This document shows positions 29,112 through 39,335 of a DNA stretch of 64,000 bases, piece by piece. Source of the DNA: Deferribacterales bacterium (lineage in GTDB: Bacteria; Chrysiogenota; Deferribacteres; Deferribacterales; Geovibrionaceae); contig JBFWMA010000004.1 in the NCBI GenBank assembly GCA_050251875.1, positions 1-64,000 of the forward strand. The letters are read 5' to 3'. Made by a program: the position numbers and the translations under genes. The notes beneath the pieces were generated by a model. It did not search any database. It saw only the letters and a list, made by a program, of their open reading frames with translations, and was not told the origin of the DNA. How positions within the stretch are numbered: the first letter of the stretch is position 1; every line of letters begins with the position of its first letter.

Positions 29112-29711
29112 ATGAGAAAAATCATAGTGATAGAGGACGATGTCTCCATCAGGGGGCAGGTATGTTTCTCTCTGGAAAAAAAGTATGAGGTATCAGAGGC
29201 TTCCAGCATGTTTGACGTGCTGGCGGATGATGACGTCATGCTGTATGACATAGCCGTTGTGGATCTGGGGCTGCCCCCCTCGCCGGACACTGTGGAAGAG
29301 GGGCTGAAGGTTATCGAGCACCTTCTGGAGCACTCCTGCGCAAAGATAATCGTTCTGACAGGGCAGGACACGGAGGAAGCGGCGACCGAATGTCTTAAGA
29401 GGGGCTGTTTCGATTTTCTCACCAAACCGGTCATGATGGACAAACTGCTTTTTTCTCTGGAAAGAGCGGAATTATTTCTGGATACCGAGAGAACTCTGCA
29501 AAAAACAGGCGTTGAAAAGGTAGAATTTCAGGTGCAGATGGGCGATGGACTGCAAAAACTCAGGGAATGCGCCGAAAAAAATATAATCATGAAAGTGCTT
29601 AAAGACACAGGCTTTAATGTGTATAAATCCGCCAAAATTCTGGGGGTTAAGCGTGAGAGCCTGTATTATTTCATAAAAAAGTTCAATCTGGTTAGAAAAA
29701 ACGATGATTGA
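29112..29711 (+). CDS. Response regulator, REC plus Fis-type HTH, no AAA+ domain (PrsR-like REC)
   Basis: IIVIEDD, VVDLGLPPSPDTVEEG, FLTKP; NVYKSAKILGVKRESLYYFIKKF. Confidence 0.85.
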   Translation: MRKIIVIEDDVSIRGQVCFSLEKKYEVSEASSMFDVLADDDVMLYDIAVVDLGLPPSPDTVEEGLKVIEHLLEHSCAKIIVLTGQDTEEAATECLKRGCFDFLTKPVMMDKLLFSLERAELFLDTERTLQKTGVEKVEFQVQMGDGLQKLRECAEKNIIMKVLKDTGFNVYKSAKILGVKRESLYYFIKKFNLVRKNDD

Positions 29712-30768
29712 TATTCTGCTGTACAGCTCTCTCGCCGTCTGTCTGGCGGTGATACTCGTGATGTACAGGCAGAACAGCATCAGTCCGTCATTCATAAAAA
29801 TAGTTTCCAGACTCATTAAAATGAACGAGGTGGACGGTTCCGATCCATCGCTCTTTATAAAAAATCTGGAAGCCTTCCTCTCCAGACTGGGCGTCAGCGA
29901 TTACGGATATTACATCCACTATCTGAACACGGAATACTACCGTCCGAAAAAGAGCGGCAGGGATTCCGTTACGAAATTTGTCTATACCGCCGACTACACC
30001 GTTTTTGTGGAGCTGGTGCCTCGTTTCGCCCCCCTGCGTCAGAACAACAAGGTGCGCATGCTGACCGAGGTCATCTTTATGATTATCATGTCCGATATCA
30101 GCATCCAGACGAAAGCGGCGGAGAAAGCGTTCAGAAAATCGTATGAACTTCAGGCTTTTATAAACCATGATGTGAAAAATCTGATCCAGTTTGTCAATGT
30201 GCTGGAACACAACCTGAAAGATATAGACGAAGGCGAGCTGAAGGACTATATGAGGCTGGTGCGGTATCTGAAGAAGGGGATACCGGGGCTGAAGCACAGG
30301 TCGGACAAGATACTGTCCGCTCTGTCGTCCACCATGCCGGAGCCGGAGGGTCTGCCTGAGGATGTTCCCGTTGTGGAGCTGGCGAGGGCGATAGCCGATT
30401 CGTATGACGTGGAGCTGAATACGTCCACACCGAGGGATATGATCATCAGGGTGAACAGAAAAATTCTGAGCATAATATTTGATAATATAATAAAAAACTT
30501 CTATGATAAGAGTATTATGGAAAGAGGGATATCCTTCTATCTGGACGCCGTGGAGACATCGGACGGCGTGACGGTCACTCTGGGCGACACGGGAACGCTG
30601 ATCCCCGACTGCGAGAGAATCTTTGAACCGTTCTTTTCCGGACGTGCCGGCGGTCTGGGCATCGGTCTGTTTCATTGCAGAAACGTGGCGGAGAGCATGG
30701 GATGCCGTCTCAGAGCGGAAAACACGGATATGGGACCTCAGTTTATTCTGGAACTTAGAAAAATGTAA
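29704..30768 (+). CDS. Sensor histidine kinase (PrsK-like H-box)
   Basis: AFINHDVKNL H-box, NIIKN, DTG, IFEPFFS, GLGIGLF. Confidence 0.85.
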   Translation: MIDILLYSSLAVCLAVILVMYRQNSISPSFIKIVSRLIKMNEVDGSDPSLFIKNLEAFLSRLGVSDYGYYIHYLNTEYYRPKKSGRDSVTKFVYTADYTVFVELVPRFAPLRQNNKVRMLTEVIFMIIMSDISIQTKAAEKAFRKSYELQAFINHDVKNLIQFVNVLEHNLKDIDEGELKDYMRLVRYLKKGIPGLKHRSDKILSALSSTMPEPEGLPEDVPVVELARAIADSYDVELNTSTPRDMIIRVNRKILSIIFDNIIKNFYDKSIMERGISFYLDAVETSDGVTVTLGDTGTLIPDCERIFEPFFSGRAGGLGIGLFHCRNVAESMGCRLRAENTDMGPQFILELRKM

Positions 30769-30787
30769 TCACCGGAGCGTTATAATT

Positions 30788-31432
30788 ATGACAGAGAAAG
30801 GTTTTACCCTGATCGAGATGGCGATCGTGCTTGTCATCATCGGTCTGATAATCGGCGGCGTGGTTAAGTCCACAACGATGATCGACAACGCCAGAGCCAA
30901 AAATGTGCTGACACAGGCAACGGCGCTCATAGACTCCCAGCACAGCTATTATGACAGGAATAAGCGCTATGCGGGCGATCTGAACAATGACGGGCAGATA
31001 GACTATACATCATATACGGCAGCCTCTCTGGACGGAACAGCCGAATCGGCGAATGACGCTGACTATGCTTTTAAAGAGCTGAAAGATATGGGACTGATAA
31101 GATCCGACATGTCCAATGCCTCTATAGCCGCCACAGCGAACGGCGGGCAGATGCATTTCAGCGGAGCGCAGATCACTGACGCCAGCAATAACAAGACGCC
31201 TGTGAACATGGTGATAATAACATCAGAAACCTGTATGGCGGCTTTTCAGATTGAAATGGCTCTGGACGGCACTCAGCCGGACGGAACAAATTCCGCCTCT
31301 ACAGGAAGCGTGAGACAGATTATAGACGGGGCTCTGGTCGCCACAGGCTCATGGACATCAACCGGAACACCCTGTGTCTCCGGAAACGCCGTTAATTCTT
31401 CTGCCGCCACATCTATAGCCATATTCTTCTAG
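30788..31432 (+). CDS. Type IV prepilin/pseudopilin
   Basis: MTEKG|FTLIEMAIVLVIIGLIIGGV cleavage/methylation motif; two C-terminal Cys. Confidence 0.9.
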   Translation: MTEKGFTLIEMAIVLVIIGLIIGGVVKSTTMIDNARAKNVLTQATALIDSQHSYYDRNKRYAGDLNNDGQIDYTSYTAASLDGTAESANDADYAFKELKDMGLIRSDMSNASIAATANGGQMHFSGAQITDASNNKTPVNMVIITSETCMAAFQIEMALDGTQPDGTNSASTGSVRQIIDGALVATGSWTSTGTPCVSGNAVNSSAATSIAIFF

Positions 31433-31435
31433 CAT

Positions 31436-31470
31436 AAAAAAAAGCCGTATCTTTTCGGGATACGGCTTTA
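31436..31470. terminator. Intrinsic terminator between convergent pilin and M23 genes
   Basis: A-run, then AAAGCCGTATC-TTTTCGG-GATACGGCTTT. Confidence 0.8.
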
Positions 31471-31494
31471 TCTGTTTAGAGTAAAATCTCAGAA

Positions 31495-32412
31495 TTATTT
31501 TGAGCTGACGATGAATTTCAGCGGGTTGACCGGAACACCGTTCACCAGAACTTCATAGTGAACGTGGGGTCCTGTGCTTCTTCCGCTGTTGCCCACCTGA
31601 GCGATTCTGTCGCCTTTTTTCACCTTGTCTCCGGCGTTAACCAGATTGGCGCTGTTGTGAGCGTATTTTGTCATGTAGCCGAATCCGTGGTCTATGATAA
31701 CCACACGTCCGTAGCCGTTCTTTCTGCCGGAGAATACAACTGTTCCGGCGGCTGTGGCTCTGACGGGGGCGCCTATTTTAGACGCTACATCCAGACCTTC
31801 GTGGAATACTCTTCTACCTGTGAAAGGAGAAATTCTGTATCCGAAATGGCTGGATATCCAGCCGTTTGTGGGCCATATAGAGGGAGTGGAGCTGAGCAGG
31901 AGTTTCTGCTCCTCCAGATAGTCTGCCAGCTCGGACAGGCTGAGCGCCTTCTTCTCCAGCTCTGTTCCCAGGTTGGTCAGAGCGGATGAGAGGTCTTTGA
32001 AATAGTCTTTGTCCTTGCGTGCGGAGATGGAAGAGATATCCTGAGTGACATCAACCTCTTTACCGCCGATGGCGAGCTGTTTCTTGCCGCTTCCCGCTTT
32101 GCCGTATACGGCGAGGCTTCTAACCTTGTTCTCAAGCTCAGAGACGGAAGCGAGCTTGTCGTTTATAACGACCAGCTGGTTTTCGTATCCGTTTATCTGC
32201 TTTTTAAGTTTGATGTTTTCTGTTTTATAGGTGATGAGAACTTGCTTTTCTTTGTAAAGGTTGGAAAGGTAATAAAATCCTGCCGAAGAGGCTGCGACGT
32301 AGAGAAAAACAGCGGCGAGAAAGACAGTTATGAACGTGCTGCTGATCTTTCTGGTCTTGACATCTCCGAGACGGGACTCGTCGAAGATCATGACCGTGAA
32401 CTTCTTCTTCAT
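31495..32412 (-). CDS. M23 family metallopeptidase
   Basis: TM, coiled coil, PSIWP, HEGLD, YAHNS, GRSTGPHVHYEV. Confidence 0.92.
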   Translation of the reverse strand: MKKKFTVMIFDESRLGDVKTRKISSTFITVFLAAVFLYVAASSAGFYYLSNLYKEKQVLITYKTENIKLKKQINGYENQLVVINDKLASVSELENKVRSLAVYGKAGSGKKQLAIGGKEVDVTQDISSISARKDKDYFKDLSSALTNLGTELEKKALSLSELADYLEEQKLLLSSTPSIWPTNGWISSHFGYRISPFTGRRVFHEGLDVASKIGAPVRATAAGTVVFSGRKNGYGRVVIIDHGFGYMTKYAHNSANLVNAGDKVKKGDRIAQVGNSGRSTGPHVHYEVLVNGVPVNPLKFIVSSK

Positions 32413-32528
32413 TACGCCTCCTGTGAAAATATTTTGTAAAGTATATTACAATCTGCCGATAATATCAAGATATTACTAGTGTTATCGGCAGAGCGGCTAT
32501 GTGCTTGTCTTTATTAACCTATCGGTCG

Positions 32529-34235
32529 TTATAAAAGAGAATCCAGTATTTTTTTGACAGCTTCCGCGCAATCGGGCAGCGGCACTTCTGTTGTTTCTCC
32601 TGTTTTTCTCACTGTTACCTCGGCGCATCCCTTCTCCAGAGTCTTTTTGCCCAGAGTTATTCTGACGGGAATACCGATAAGTTCGGCATCGGTAAACTTG
32701 ACCCCGGCTCTCTCGTCTCTGTCGTCCAGCAGAGGCTCCATGCCCATATCCGACAGCATCTTATAAATAGCCTCGGCGTGGCGCATCACCTCTTCGTCCT
32801 TCACGGCGAGAGGCACAACCACCGCCTTGAAAGGAGCGAGCTGAACGGGCCAGATGATGCCGTTTTCGTCATGGTTCTGTTCTATGGCGCTCGCCGCCAC
32901 ACGGGTCACGCCTATGCCGTAGCATCCCATTATGAAGGGCTGGCGCTTGCCTTCGTTGTCCAGAAACATAGCGCTCATGGATGAGGAATATTTGGTGCCG
33001 AGTTTGAAGATGTGTCCTACTTCGATACCTTTGGTTATAACATATTTTCCGCCGCATTTGTGGCATGTGTCACCCTCTATGGCGTTGCGGAAATCGTCCA
33101 CATCGGCAAAGTCAAAATCCCTGCCGTGGTTTATGTTTATGGAGTGGGTTTCTTTCAGGTTGGCTCCCACGCAGTAGTTCACCATGGCGGTGACGGCGTA
33201 GTCGGCGTAAACGGGGACTTTGATCCCCACGGGACCGGAATATCCGGCGGGACCGCCTGTCGCCTCTTCTATGTTGTCATAGCTGGCGAGCTCCACTGTG
33301 GTCGCTTTGAAATAGTTTTTGACCTTCGCCTCGTTCATCTCGTGGTCGCCGCGAACCATTATGGCTACCAGCTTGTCGTCCACTCTGACTATCATGGTCT
33401 TGGCTATCTGCTCGGGTTTGATCTTCAGAAAGTCCGCCACGTCCTCGACAGATTTAGCGTTGGGGGTGTGTACGTCTTCAGCGGGTTTCATCTCTTCATC
33501 GGATTTTGTCCAGTTGTCCACGCAGATGGCTTTTTCCACGTTGGCGGAATAGTCGCATGAATCGCATGAGATAACGAAATCCTCGCCTGTGTCGGCGAGC
33601 ACCATGAATTCGTGGGAGAAAGAACCGCCGATGGAGCCTGTGTCGGCTTCCACCACTTTATATTTCAGACCGCATGATTCGAATATGCGGCAGTAGGCTT
33701 TATACATTTTTTCGTAGCTGATGTTGGCTCCGGCGTCATCCATGTCGAAGGAGTAGGCGTCTTTCATCATGAACTCGCGTCCTCTCATCAGACCGAATCT
33801 GGGGCGAACCTCGTCACGGAATTTTGTCTGGATCTGATAGAGGTTTATGGGCAGGTTTTTATAGCTGGAGATATAGCTGCGCACCACGTCTGTGATGACT
33901 TCCTCGTGGGTGGGTCCATAGCAGAAGTCTCTGTCGTGGCGGTCTCTGATGCGCAGAAGCTCCTTGCCGTAGTAATCCCAGCGTCCTGATTCCTTCCACA
34001 GCTCGGAAGGCTGGATGGACGGCATCAGCATCTCTATCGCCCCCGCCTCGTTCATGCACTTCCTGACGATGTTCTCCACCTTGCGGATCACCATCAGCCC
34101 CAGCGGGAGATAGTTGTATACTCCTGACGCCAGCTTTTTTATCATGCCCGCTCTAAGCATCAGCTTGTGGCTGATTACTTCCGCCTCCGCGGGGACTTCT
34201 CTCAGGGTGGGGATGAAAAAATTGCTGTATCTCAT
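32529..34235 (-). CDS. proS: Proline--tRNA ligase
   Basis: SHKLMLRAG, GPTHEE, FRDEVRPRFGLMRGREF, GIEVGHIFKLG, MGCYGIG; start ATG 34235. Confidence 0.98.
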   Translation of the reverse strand: MRYSNFFIPTLREVPAEAEVISHKLMLRAGMIKKLASGVYNYLPLGLMVIRKVENIVRKCMNEAGAIEMLMPSIQPSELWKESGRWDYYGKELLRIRDRHDRDFCYGPTHEEVITDVVRSYISSYKNLPINLYQIQTKFRDEVRPRFGLMRGREFMMKDAYSFDMDDAGANISYEKMYKAYCRIFESCGLKYKVVEADTGSIGGSFSHEFMVLADTGEDFVISCDSCDYSANVEKAICVDNWTKSDEEMKPAEDVHTPNAKSVEDVADFLKIKPEQIAKTMIVRVDDKLVAIMVRGDHEMNEAKVKNYFKATTVELASYDNIEEATGGPAGYSGPVGIKVPVYADYAVTAMVNYCVGANLKETHSININHGRDFDFADVDDFRNAIEGDTCHKCGGKYVITKGIEVGHIFKLGTKYSSSMSAMFLDNEGKRQPFIMGCYGIGVTRVAASAIEQNHDENGIIWPVQLAPFKAVVVPLAVKDEEVMRHAEAIYKMLSDMGMEPLLDDRDERAGVKFTDAELIGIPVRITLGKKTLEKGCAEVTVRKTGETTEVPLPDCAEAVKKILDSLL

Positions 34236-36025
34236 TATTGTTTCTCCTTGTTCTCTGTTATCAGCGTGTTTCTGAACCAAACATCCTGCTGAGGAAACGG
34301 AATCTCTATACCATGTTCTTTAAATTTTTGCCAGAGCGACTGTAAAAAAACATTCTTAACAGCCACCGTCTGAAAACCTTTAGAGGTGTCCAGCCAGAAG
34401 AGGACGAGGAAATTGACAGAGCTTTCGCCGTATTCCATAAACCAGACTTCCGGTTCCTTGTCTTTCAGAACGGAATCGCACTGGCGGATCGTTTCCAGCA
34501 TCAGCCTCTGAGCCAGCTCTATGTCGGATGAATATCCCACGCCTATGGGGATGCGCACCCTGATAAGGTTATCGTTTCTGGTGTAGTTGATGATCGTCTC
34601 TGAGATAAAGACCGAGTTGGGAACCATTATCTCGATATTGTCGAACGTTCTGACCGTGGTGGCAAACATGTCTATGGACGACACGGCGCCGAAAACGGTG
34701 TCGGATGTGACGCCTACTGCCCGTCCGGCGGTGCCGGGGAGCTCTACATAGTCGCCGATTTTAACTTTTTTCGAAAACAGCAGGATGAACCCGCTGATAT
34801 AGTTGTTAATGATAGTCTGGAGACCGAATCCCAGACCGATGCCCAGTGCGCCGGCTATGGGGACTACTATCTTCCATGTGATGCCTGTTACCAGCATGGT
34901 GATTATTATGATTATCAGTATGCCGATGTTGCTGAGCAGAACCTCCAGAGAACCGGAGTCAGACGTCTGCACTCCGCCGAAAACAGCCACCCGCAGATAT
35001 TTCGATGAGAGAAACAGCAGGCTCTTGAGCAGAATAAAGATCAGAACGGCAGAGAGAAGAGACGCCAGAGACAGCCTGAAAAGCTCTGAGTTTATCAGAT
35101 ATGTCTTTTTGAGCGTGTGCATCAGCTCGGCTATATCCAGAACATTGTACCCCAGAGAATAGAAGATGTATATGGACGCCGCCACCGCCAGCCGGATGAT
35201 GTTTTTCTTAATCAGCTCCCACTCGAACTGGGTGTAGTTCTCCTGAGTATAGATTTTCAGAGCGACTGAGTTGACATTGGAGCTGAGCTGCGACAGAAGA
35301 GCCGCCGCCAGAACCAGAAGCCCCGCCGTCATGATGAAACGGAAATCCAGCCTGAGAACATCCACCACCCACAGAAAAGATATCACTCCGAAAGCGGTTA
35401 TTAGAAAGCCGGGGGGGATTCTGAAAATCCCGGGGATGCGTCCTTTTTCCGCTATGTGCGCCATAAGTGCGGGGAGCATCTTTTTCAGGTAGATGTAGAA
35501 GCCCAGAGACAGAAACAGTCTGATGAGCCCGGACAGAAAATGCATGAAGGATTTCAGCCCGTGTTTATAATCCGCTCCGTAGAGCTTCAGCAGATCGTAA
35601 TAAACGGCGAGAAGCAGAGCGGCGAGGATGTACCACATCACGGTGGAATAGCATCTCTTGACGCTGATGTTCAGAAAGCGTGACGGAATCTTCAGTATGG
35701 CGCCCGCCAGCCAGTAAAAGGCAAAATAATTCAGCATCAGATACAGAGGATCCTGCTGTCTGGTGCGGATGGAGTAATAGCTGAAGATAACGAACATGAA
35801 TGGAAACAGCACATGAACGAAAATCTGCATCCTTTCGTTCACATGTTTTCTCGTCAGTTTCAGCTTATAGACGTTTATGATGATGTATCCGATGACAGCG
35901 CAAGCCAGAGTGAAAGCGAATATGGAAGGGTTTTCCGAGATATGCTGAACCAGTCTGGCGAGACAGACGGAAGAGGCGTCTGACAAGGTAGTTAAAAAAT
36001 CGCTCGTTTTGCTGCTGACGGACAT
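34235..36025 (-). CDS. MscS-family mechanosensitive channel
   Basis: Multi-TM; GALGIGLGFGLQ, NYISG, VPNS, GIEIPFPQ. Confidence 0.9.
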   Translation of the reverse strand: MSVSSKTSDFLTTLSDASSVCLARLVQHISENPSIFAFTLACAVIGYIIINVYKLKLTRKHVNERMQIFVHVLFPFMFVIFSYYSIRTRQQDPLYLMLNYFAFYWLAGAILKIPSRFLNISVKRCYSTVMWYILAALLLAVYYDLLKLYGADYKHGLKSFMHFLSGLIRLFLSLGFYIYLKKMLPALMAHIAEKGRIPGIFRIPPGFLITAFGVISFLWVVDVLRLDFRFIMTAGLLVLAAALLSQLSSNVNSVALKIYTQENYTQFEWELIKKNIIRLAVAASIYIFYSLGYNVLDIAELMHTLKKTYLINSELFRLSLASLLSAVLIFILLKSLLFLSSKYLRVAVFGGVQTSDSGSLEVLLSNIGILIIIIITMLVTGITWKIVVPIAGALGIGLGFGLQTIINNYISGFILLFSKKVKIGDYVELPGTAGRAVGVTSDTVFGAVSSIDMFATTVRTFDNIEIMVPNSVFISETIINYTRNDNLIRVRIPIGVGYSSDIELAQRLMLETIRQCDSVLKDKEPEVWFMEYGESSVNFLVLFWLDTSKGFQTVAVKNVFLQSLWQKFKEHGIEIPFPQQDVWFRNTLITENKEKQ

Positions 36026-36169
36026 TTTGCACCCCTGATTACCTCTTAGATTATAAGGCGTTAATCCGTATCAGTAAACACTTATGTTGCGCAAAGTATT
36101 CGAGCATTTTCACTTTACGAACCATCAGATGTTTTGATAGAATCGATAGAGTCAAAGAGGAAATTCATT

Positions 36170-37840
36170 ATGTCTAAAAAAACCGTAGGTCAGCTTTTAA
36201 AAGATTACGGATACGTCACCGAGGAGCAGATTCAGGTCGCTCTGGAGGTGAAGAAGATCAGGGACAAACTGCTGGGCGAGATACTCATAGAACTCTCTTT
36301 TGTGTCGCCCAGAGAGATCGCCCTGGTCGTTGCCAAGCAGTCCGGAAAGGCGTACATAGACCTGAACGAACATCCGCCGTCACTGGACGCGCTGAAGCTG
36401 TTCGACAGAAGCATCGCAAAACAGCTGGAGATAATCCCTCTGGAGAACAGACCAGACAAGCTGATTGTCGCTGTTGCCGATCCATTCAACATCAATACTC
36501 TGGACATCCTCAAGCGTAAGGCGGGGAAAGAAGTAGAGATTTTTGTCGCCGATAAAGAGACCATCTTTAAAAATATAGAGATCAACTATTTCCTTCTGGA
36601 AAAACCCATCGATGAGGAGATAGCCAAAATAGTGTCCAAAGCGGTGAGGACGGGGAACCAGACAGAAATCCCCTATCTGCTGGAGCTGATAATCAACAGC
36701 GCCATCATATCCAGAGCCACGGATATTCACGTTTCGCCGGAGGACATCGGCACACACGTCTTTTACAGGGTGGACGGCATTCTGCGCCACTTCTATGTCT
36801 TTCCTAAGGAAATGCACTCTGTCATCACCTCCCGTGTGAAGATCATGTCCGGTATGGACATCGCCGAACAGCGTCTGCCTCAGGACGGCTCCATGACCCA
36901 CACTTTCTTCGATGAGTTTTTCGACATCAGGGTTTCCACCATCCCCACTGTATACGGCGAGGGAATGGTTATGAGGGTTCTGTCGAAGAACGTTTCGCTG
37001 TTCAACATGGACGGGCTGGGGTTCGAAAAACCCACACAGCACAGGCTGGAAAAACAGCTCTCCAGACCCCACGGAATCCTTCTGGTGACGGGTCCCACCG
37101 GATCCGGAAAGACCACCACGCTCTATGCCTCGCTCAGAAAGATCAACTCGCTTCAGAGAAAAGTTCTGACGGCGGAAGACCCTATAGAATATAAGTTTCC
37201 ATTCATAAAACAGACTCAGGTGAACGAAAAAGCGGGCTATACCTTTGCCCGTGCCATGAGAGCGTTTCTCAGACAGGATCCGGATGTTATCCTTCTGGGC
37301 GAGATGAGAGACGAGGAGACTTCCGAGATGGCTATGAGAGCCGCTATCACAGGTCACCTTGTGCTGTCCACACTGCACACCAACGATGCCGTGACAGCCA
37401 TTCCCCGTCTGCTGGAGATGAATATCAAAGACTATATGATAGCGTCCGGCGTGGGCGGGATACTGGCGCAGAGACTCGTCAGAAAGGTATGTATATTCTG
37501 CCGGAAAGAGGAGACCATCACCGGCGCGAAACTGCTGGGAATGGGTATTCCCGAAGACATGATGGCGAGAAACGGAATATCTTTCGACTCCGAGGTGAAA
37601 TATATGCGGGGTCACGGGTGCGAAATGTGCAAGAACACCGGCTATTCGGGGAGAGGCGTAATCAGCGAATTTCTGGAGATAGACGATGTTATAGGCGACC
37701 TGATAGTAAACGGGGCGTCTCCGCTGAAAATTTTCACCACGGCAGTGGAGAGGGGCATGATCCCCATACTCGAATCGGGGCTGATAAAAATGATGAACGG
37801 CGTCACCACTCCTGAGGAGATTCTGAGGGTTGCTCTTTAA
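36170..37840 (+). CDS. PilB/GspE/MshE-family assembly ATPase with degenerate MshEN domain
   Basis: GPTGSGKTT, TAEDPIEY, RQDPD, TGHLVLSTLHTN, tetracysteine motif (CIFC...CEMC). Confidence 0.95.
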   Translation: MSKKTVGQLLKDYGYVTEEQIQVALEVKKIRDKLLGEILIELSFVSPREIALVVAKQSGKAYIDLNEHPPSLDALKLFDRSIAKQLEIIPLENRPDKLIVAVADPFNINTLDILKRKAGKEVEIFVADKETIFKNIEINYFLLEKPIDEEIAKIVSKAVRTGNQTEIPYLLELIINSAIISRATDIHVSPEDIGTHVFYRVDGILRHFYVFPKEMHSVITSRVKIMSGMDIAEQRLPQDGSMTHTFFDEFFDIRVSTIPTVYGEGMVMRVLSKNVSLFNMDGLGFEKPTQHRLEKQLSRPHGILLVTGPTGSGKTTTLYASLRKINSLQRKVLTAEDPIEYKFPFIKQTQVNEKAGYTFARAMRAFLRQDPDVILLGEMRDEETSEMAMRAAITGHLVLSTLHTNDAVTAIPRLLEMNIKDYMIASGVGGILAQRLVRKVCIFCRKEETITGAKLLGMGIPEDMMARNGISFDSEVKYMRGHGCEMCKNTGYSGRGVISEFLEIDDVIGDLIVNGASPLKIFTTAVERGMIPILESGLIKMMNGVTTPEEILRVAL

Positions 37841-39048
37841 TGGATCTTTACAGGGTCAGGATACTCGAATCCACCGGAAACATAGTTAAAAAAAACATAG
37901 AGGTTGAGCCGGGCGAAGACATCACGGCTTATCTCACCAATATGGGCGTGAACGTTGTGGGAGTGGCGAAGGTTTCGCCCTTGTCACGGATTTTTAAACC
38001 CAGGAAGAAGATAAAGACGCAGGAGGTCATTGAGACCATAGACAACCTGCACATGATAGTGAAATCCGGTATGCCCATCACCACCGCTCTCGGCGATCTG
38101 GCGGAGGACGCAGACAACCCTGCCATGGGCGATATTCTGTCTGATATCAGCAGCCGTCTTCAGATGGGTATGACTTTTTCTAAAGCGATATCGAAATATA
38201 CTAATGTGTTTACCGATGTGGTGGTGAATCTGGTGCATATCGGCGAAGAGACAGGACAGCTCGACAATACGCTGAAAAGCGCCGCCCAGCATCTGAAAAA
38301 AATGTCCGACCTGAAATCAAAAACAAAATCGGCTCTGATATACCCGTCTTTTGCCTTTGTGGCTATGATGGCGGTTATGATCTTCTGGCTGGTGGTTGTA
38401 ATGCCGAAGATGATCGAGGCTTTCCAGTCTTTTAACATCACGCTTCCGCCCACCACCAGGTTTGTCATGTGGCTGTCGGCGTTTATGCAGAGCTATATTC
38501 TTTATATGATAGCGGGCGGCATCGCTCTTCTGGTGATCAACTCGGCTCTCAGGAAGAATGTTGAGAAATACAGATACAGCACGGATATGCTGATCCTGAA
38601 AACGCCCATTATCGGGCTGGTGACATCTAACTTTAACTTCGCCTTCATTGCGGAATACACCCGCCTTATGATATCCGCCGGTCTGCCTCTTTATACCGCT
38701 CTGAGCATTATGGAAGAGAGCATGACTAATGTCGTCTATAAAAAATCGATATTCAATACCAGAGACCTGATATCTTCAGGTACGTCATTCTCTCAGGCGC
38801 TTTCAGAGCAGAATCTCTATCCCAAGCTGGTAACCAGAATGATCGGGATAGGGGAACAGACGGGCAACCTGGACGGACAGCTTGGCAACGTTGCGGAGCA
38901 CTATTATTACAAGGTGGACATGCTGGCGACTAATATGTCAAAGATGATAGAGCCTGTGGTGATAGGCGTCATAGGCGTGTTCATGCTCGTTATCATGATA
39001 GGTCTGATGGGTCCCATATTCACACTGATCTCCAGTATGCCAACATAA
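37840..39048 (+). CDS. PilC/GspF/MshG platform protein
   Basis: GEETGQLD, ALIYPSF, GEQTGNLD, IEPVVI. Confidence 0.93.
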   Translation: MDLYRVRILESTGNIVKKNIEVEPGEDITAYLTNMGVNVVGVAKVSPLSRIFKPRKKIKTQEVIETIDNLHMIVKSGMPITTALGDLAEDADNPAMGDILSDISSRLQMGMTFSKAISKYTNVFTDVVVNLVHIGEETGQLDNTLKSAAQHLKKMSDLKSKTKSALIYPSFAFVAMMAVMIFWLVVVMPKMIEAFQSFNITLPPTTRFVMWLSAFMQSYILYMIAGGIALLVINSALRKNVEKYRYSTDMLILKTPIIGLVTSNFNFAFIAEYTRLMISAGLPLYTALSIMEESMTNVVYKKSIFNTRDLISSGTSFSQALSEQNLYPKLVTRMIGIGEQTGNLDGQLGNVAEHYYYKVDMLATNMSKMIEPVVIGVIGVFMLVIMIGLMGPIFTLISSMPT

Positions 39049-39327
39049 GTTTTGTCATTGCGAGCGCAGCGAAGTAATCTCATAAATCTGCCAGCTGATA
39101 AGCAGTATGAATCCTCAGTGGAAGGATTTATACGAAGAAATAAACAGGTGAGACTGCCGCGTCGCTGAAGCTCCTCGCAGTGACAGTAAGTTTTGTCATT
39201 GCGAGCGTAGCGAAGTAATCTCATAAATCTGCCAGCTGATAAACAGTATGAATCCTCAGTGGAAGGATTTATACGAAGAAATAAACAGGTGAGACTGCCG
39301 CATCGCTGAGGCTCCTCGCAGTGACGT
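39046..39327 (+). repeat. Two tandem 141-bp mini-elements: left end, 3' end of the GIY-YIG gene, right end
   Basis: Units 39046-39186 and 39187-39327 are near-identical; each holds a 57-nt copy of 39619-39675. Confidence 0.95.
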
Positions 39328-39335
39328 TAAGTTTT

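Noticed and set aside
39046..39327. CRISPR array
   Set aside because: Intervening sequences are near-identical rather than unique spacers, the period is 141 bp and no cas genes are present.
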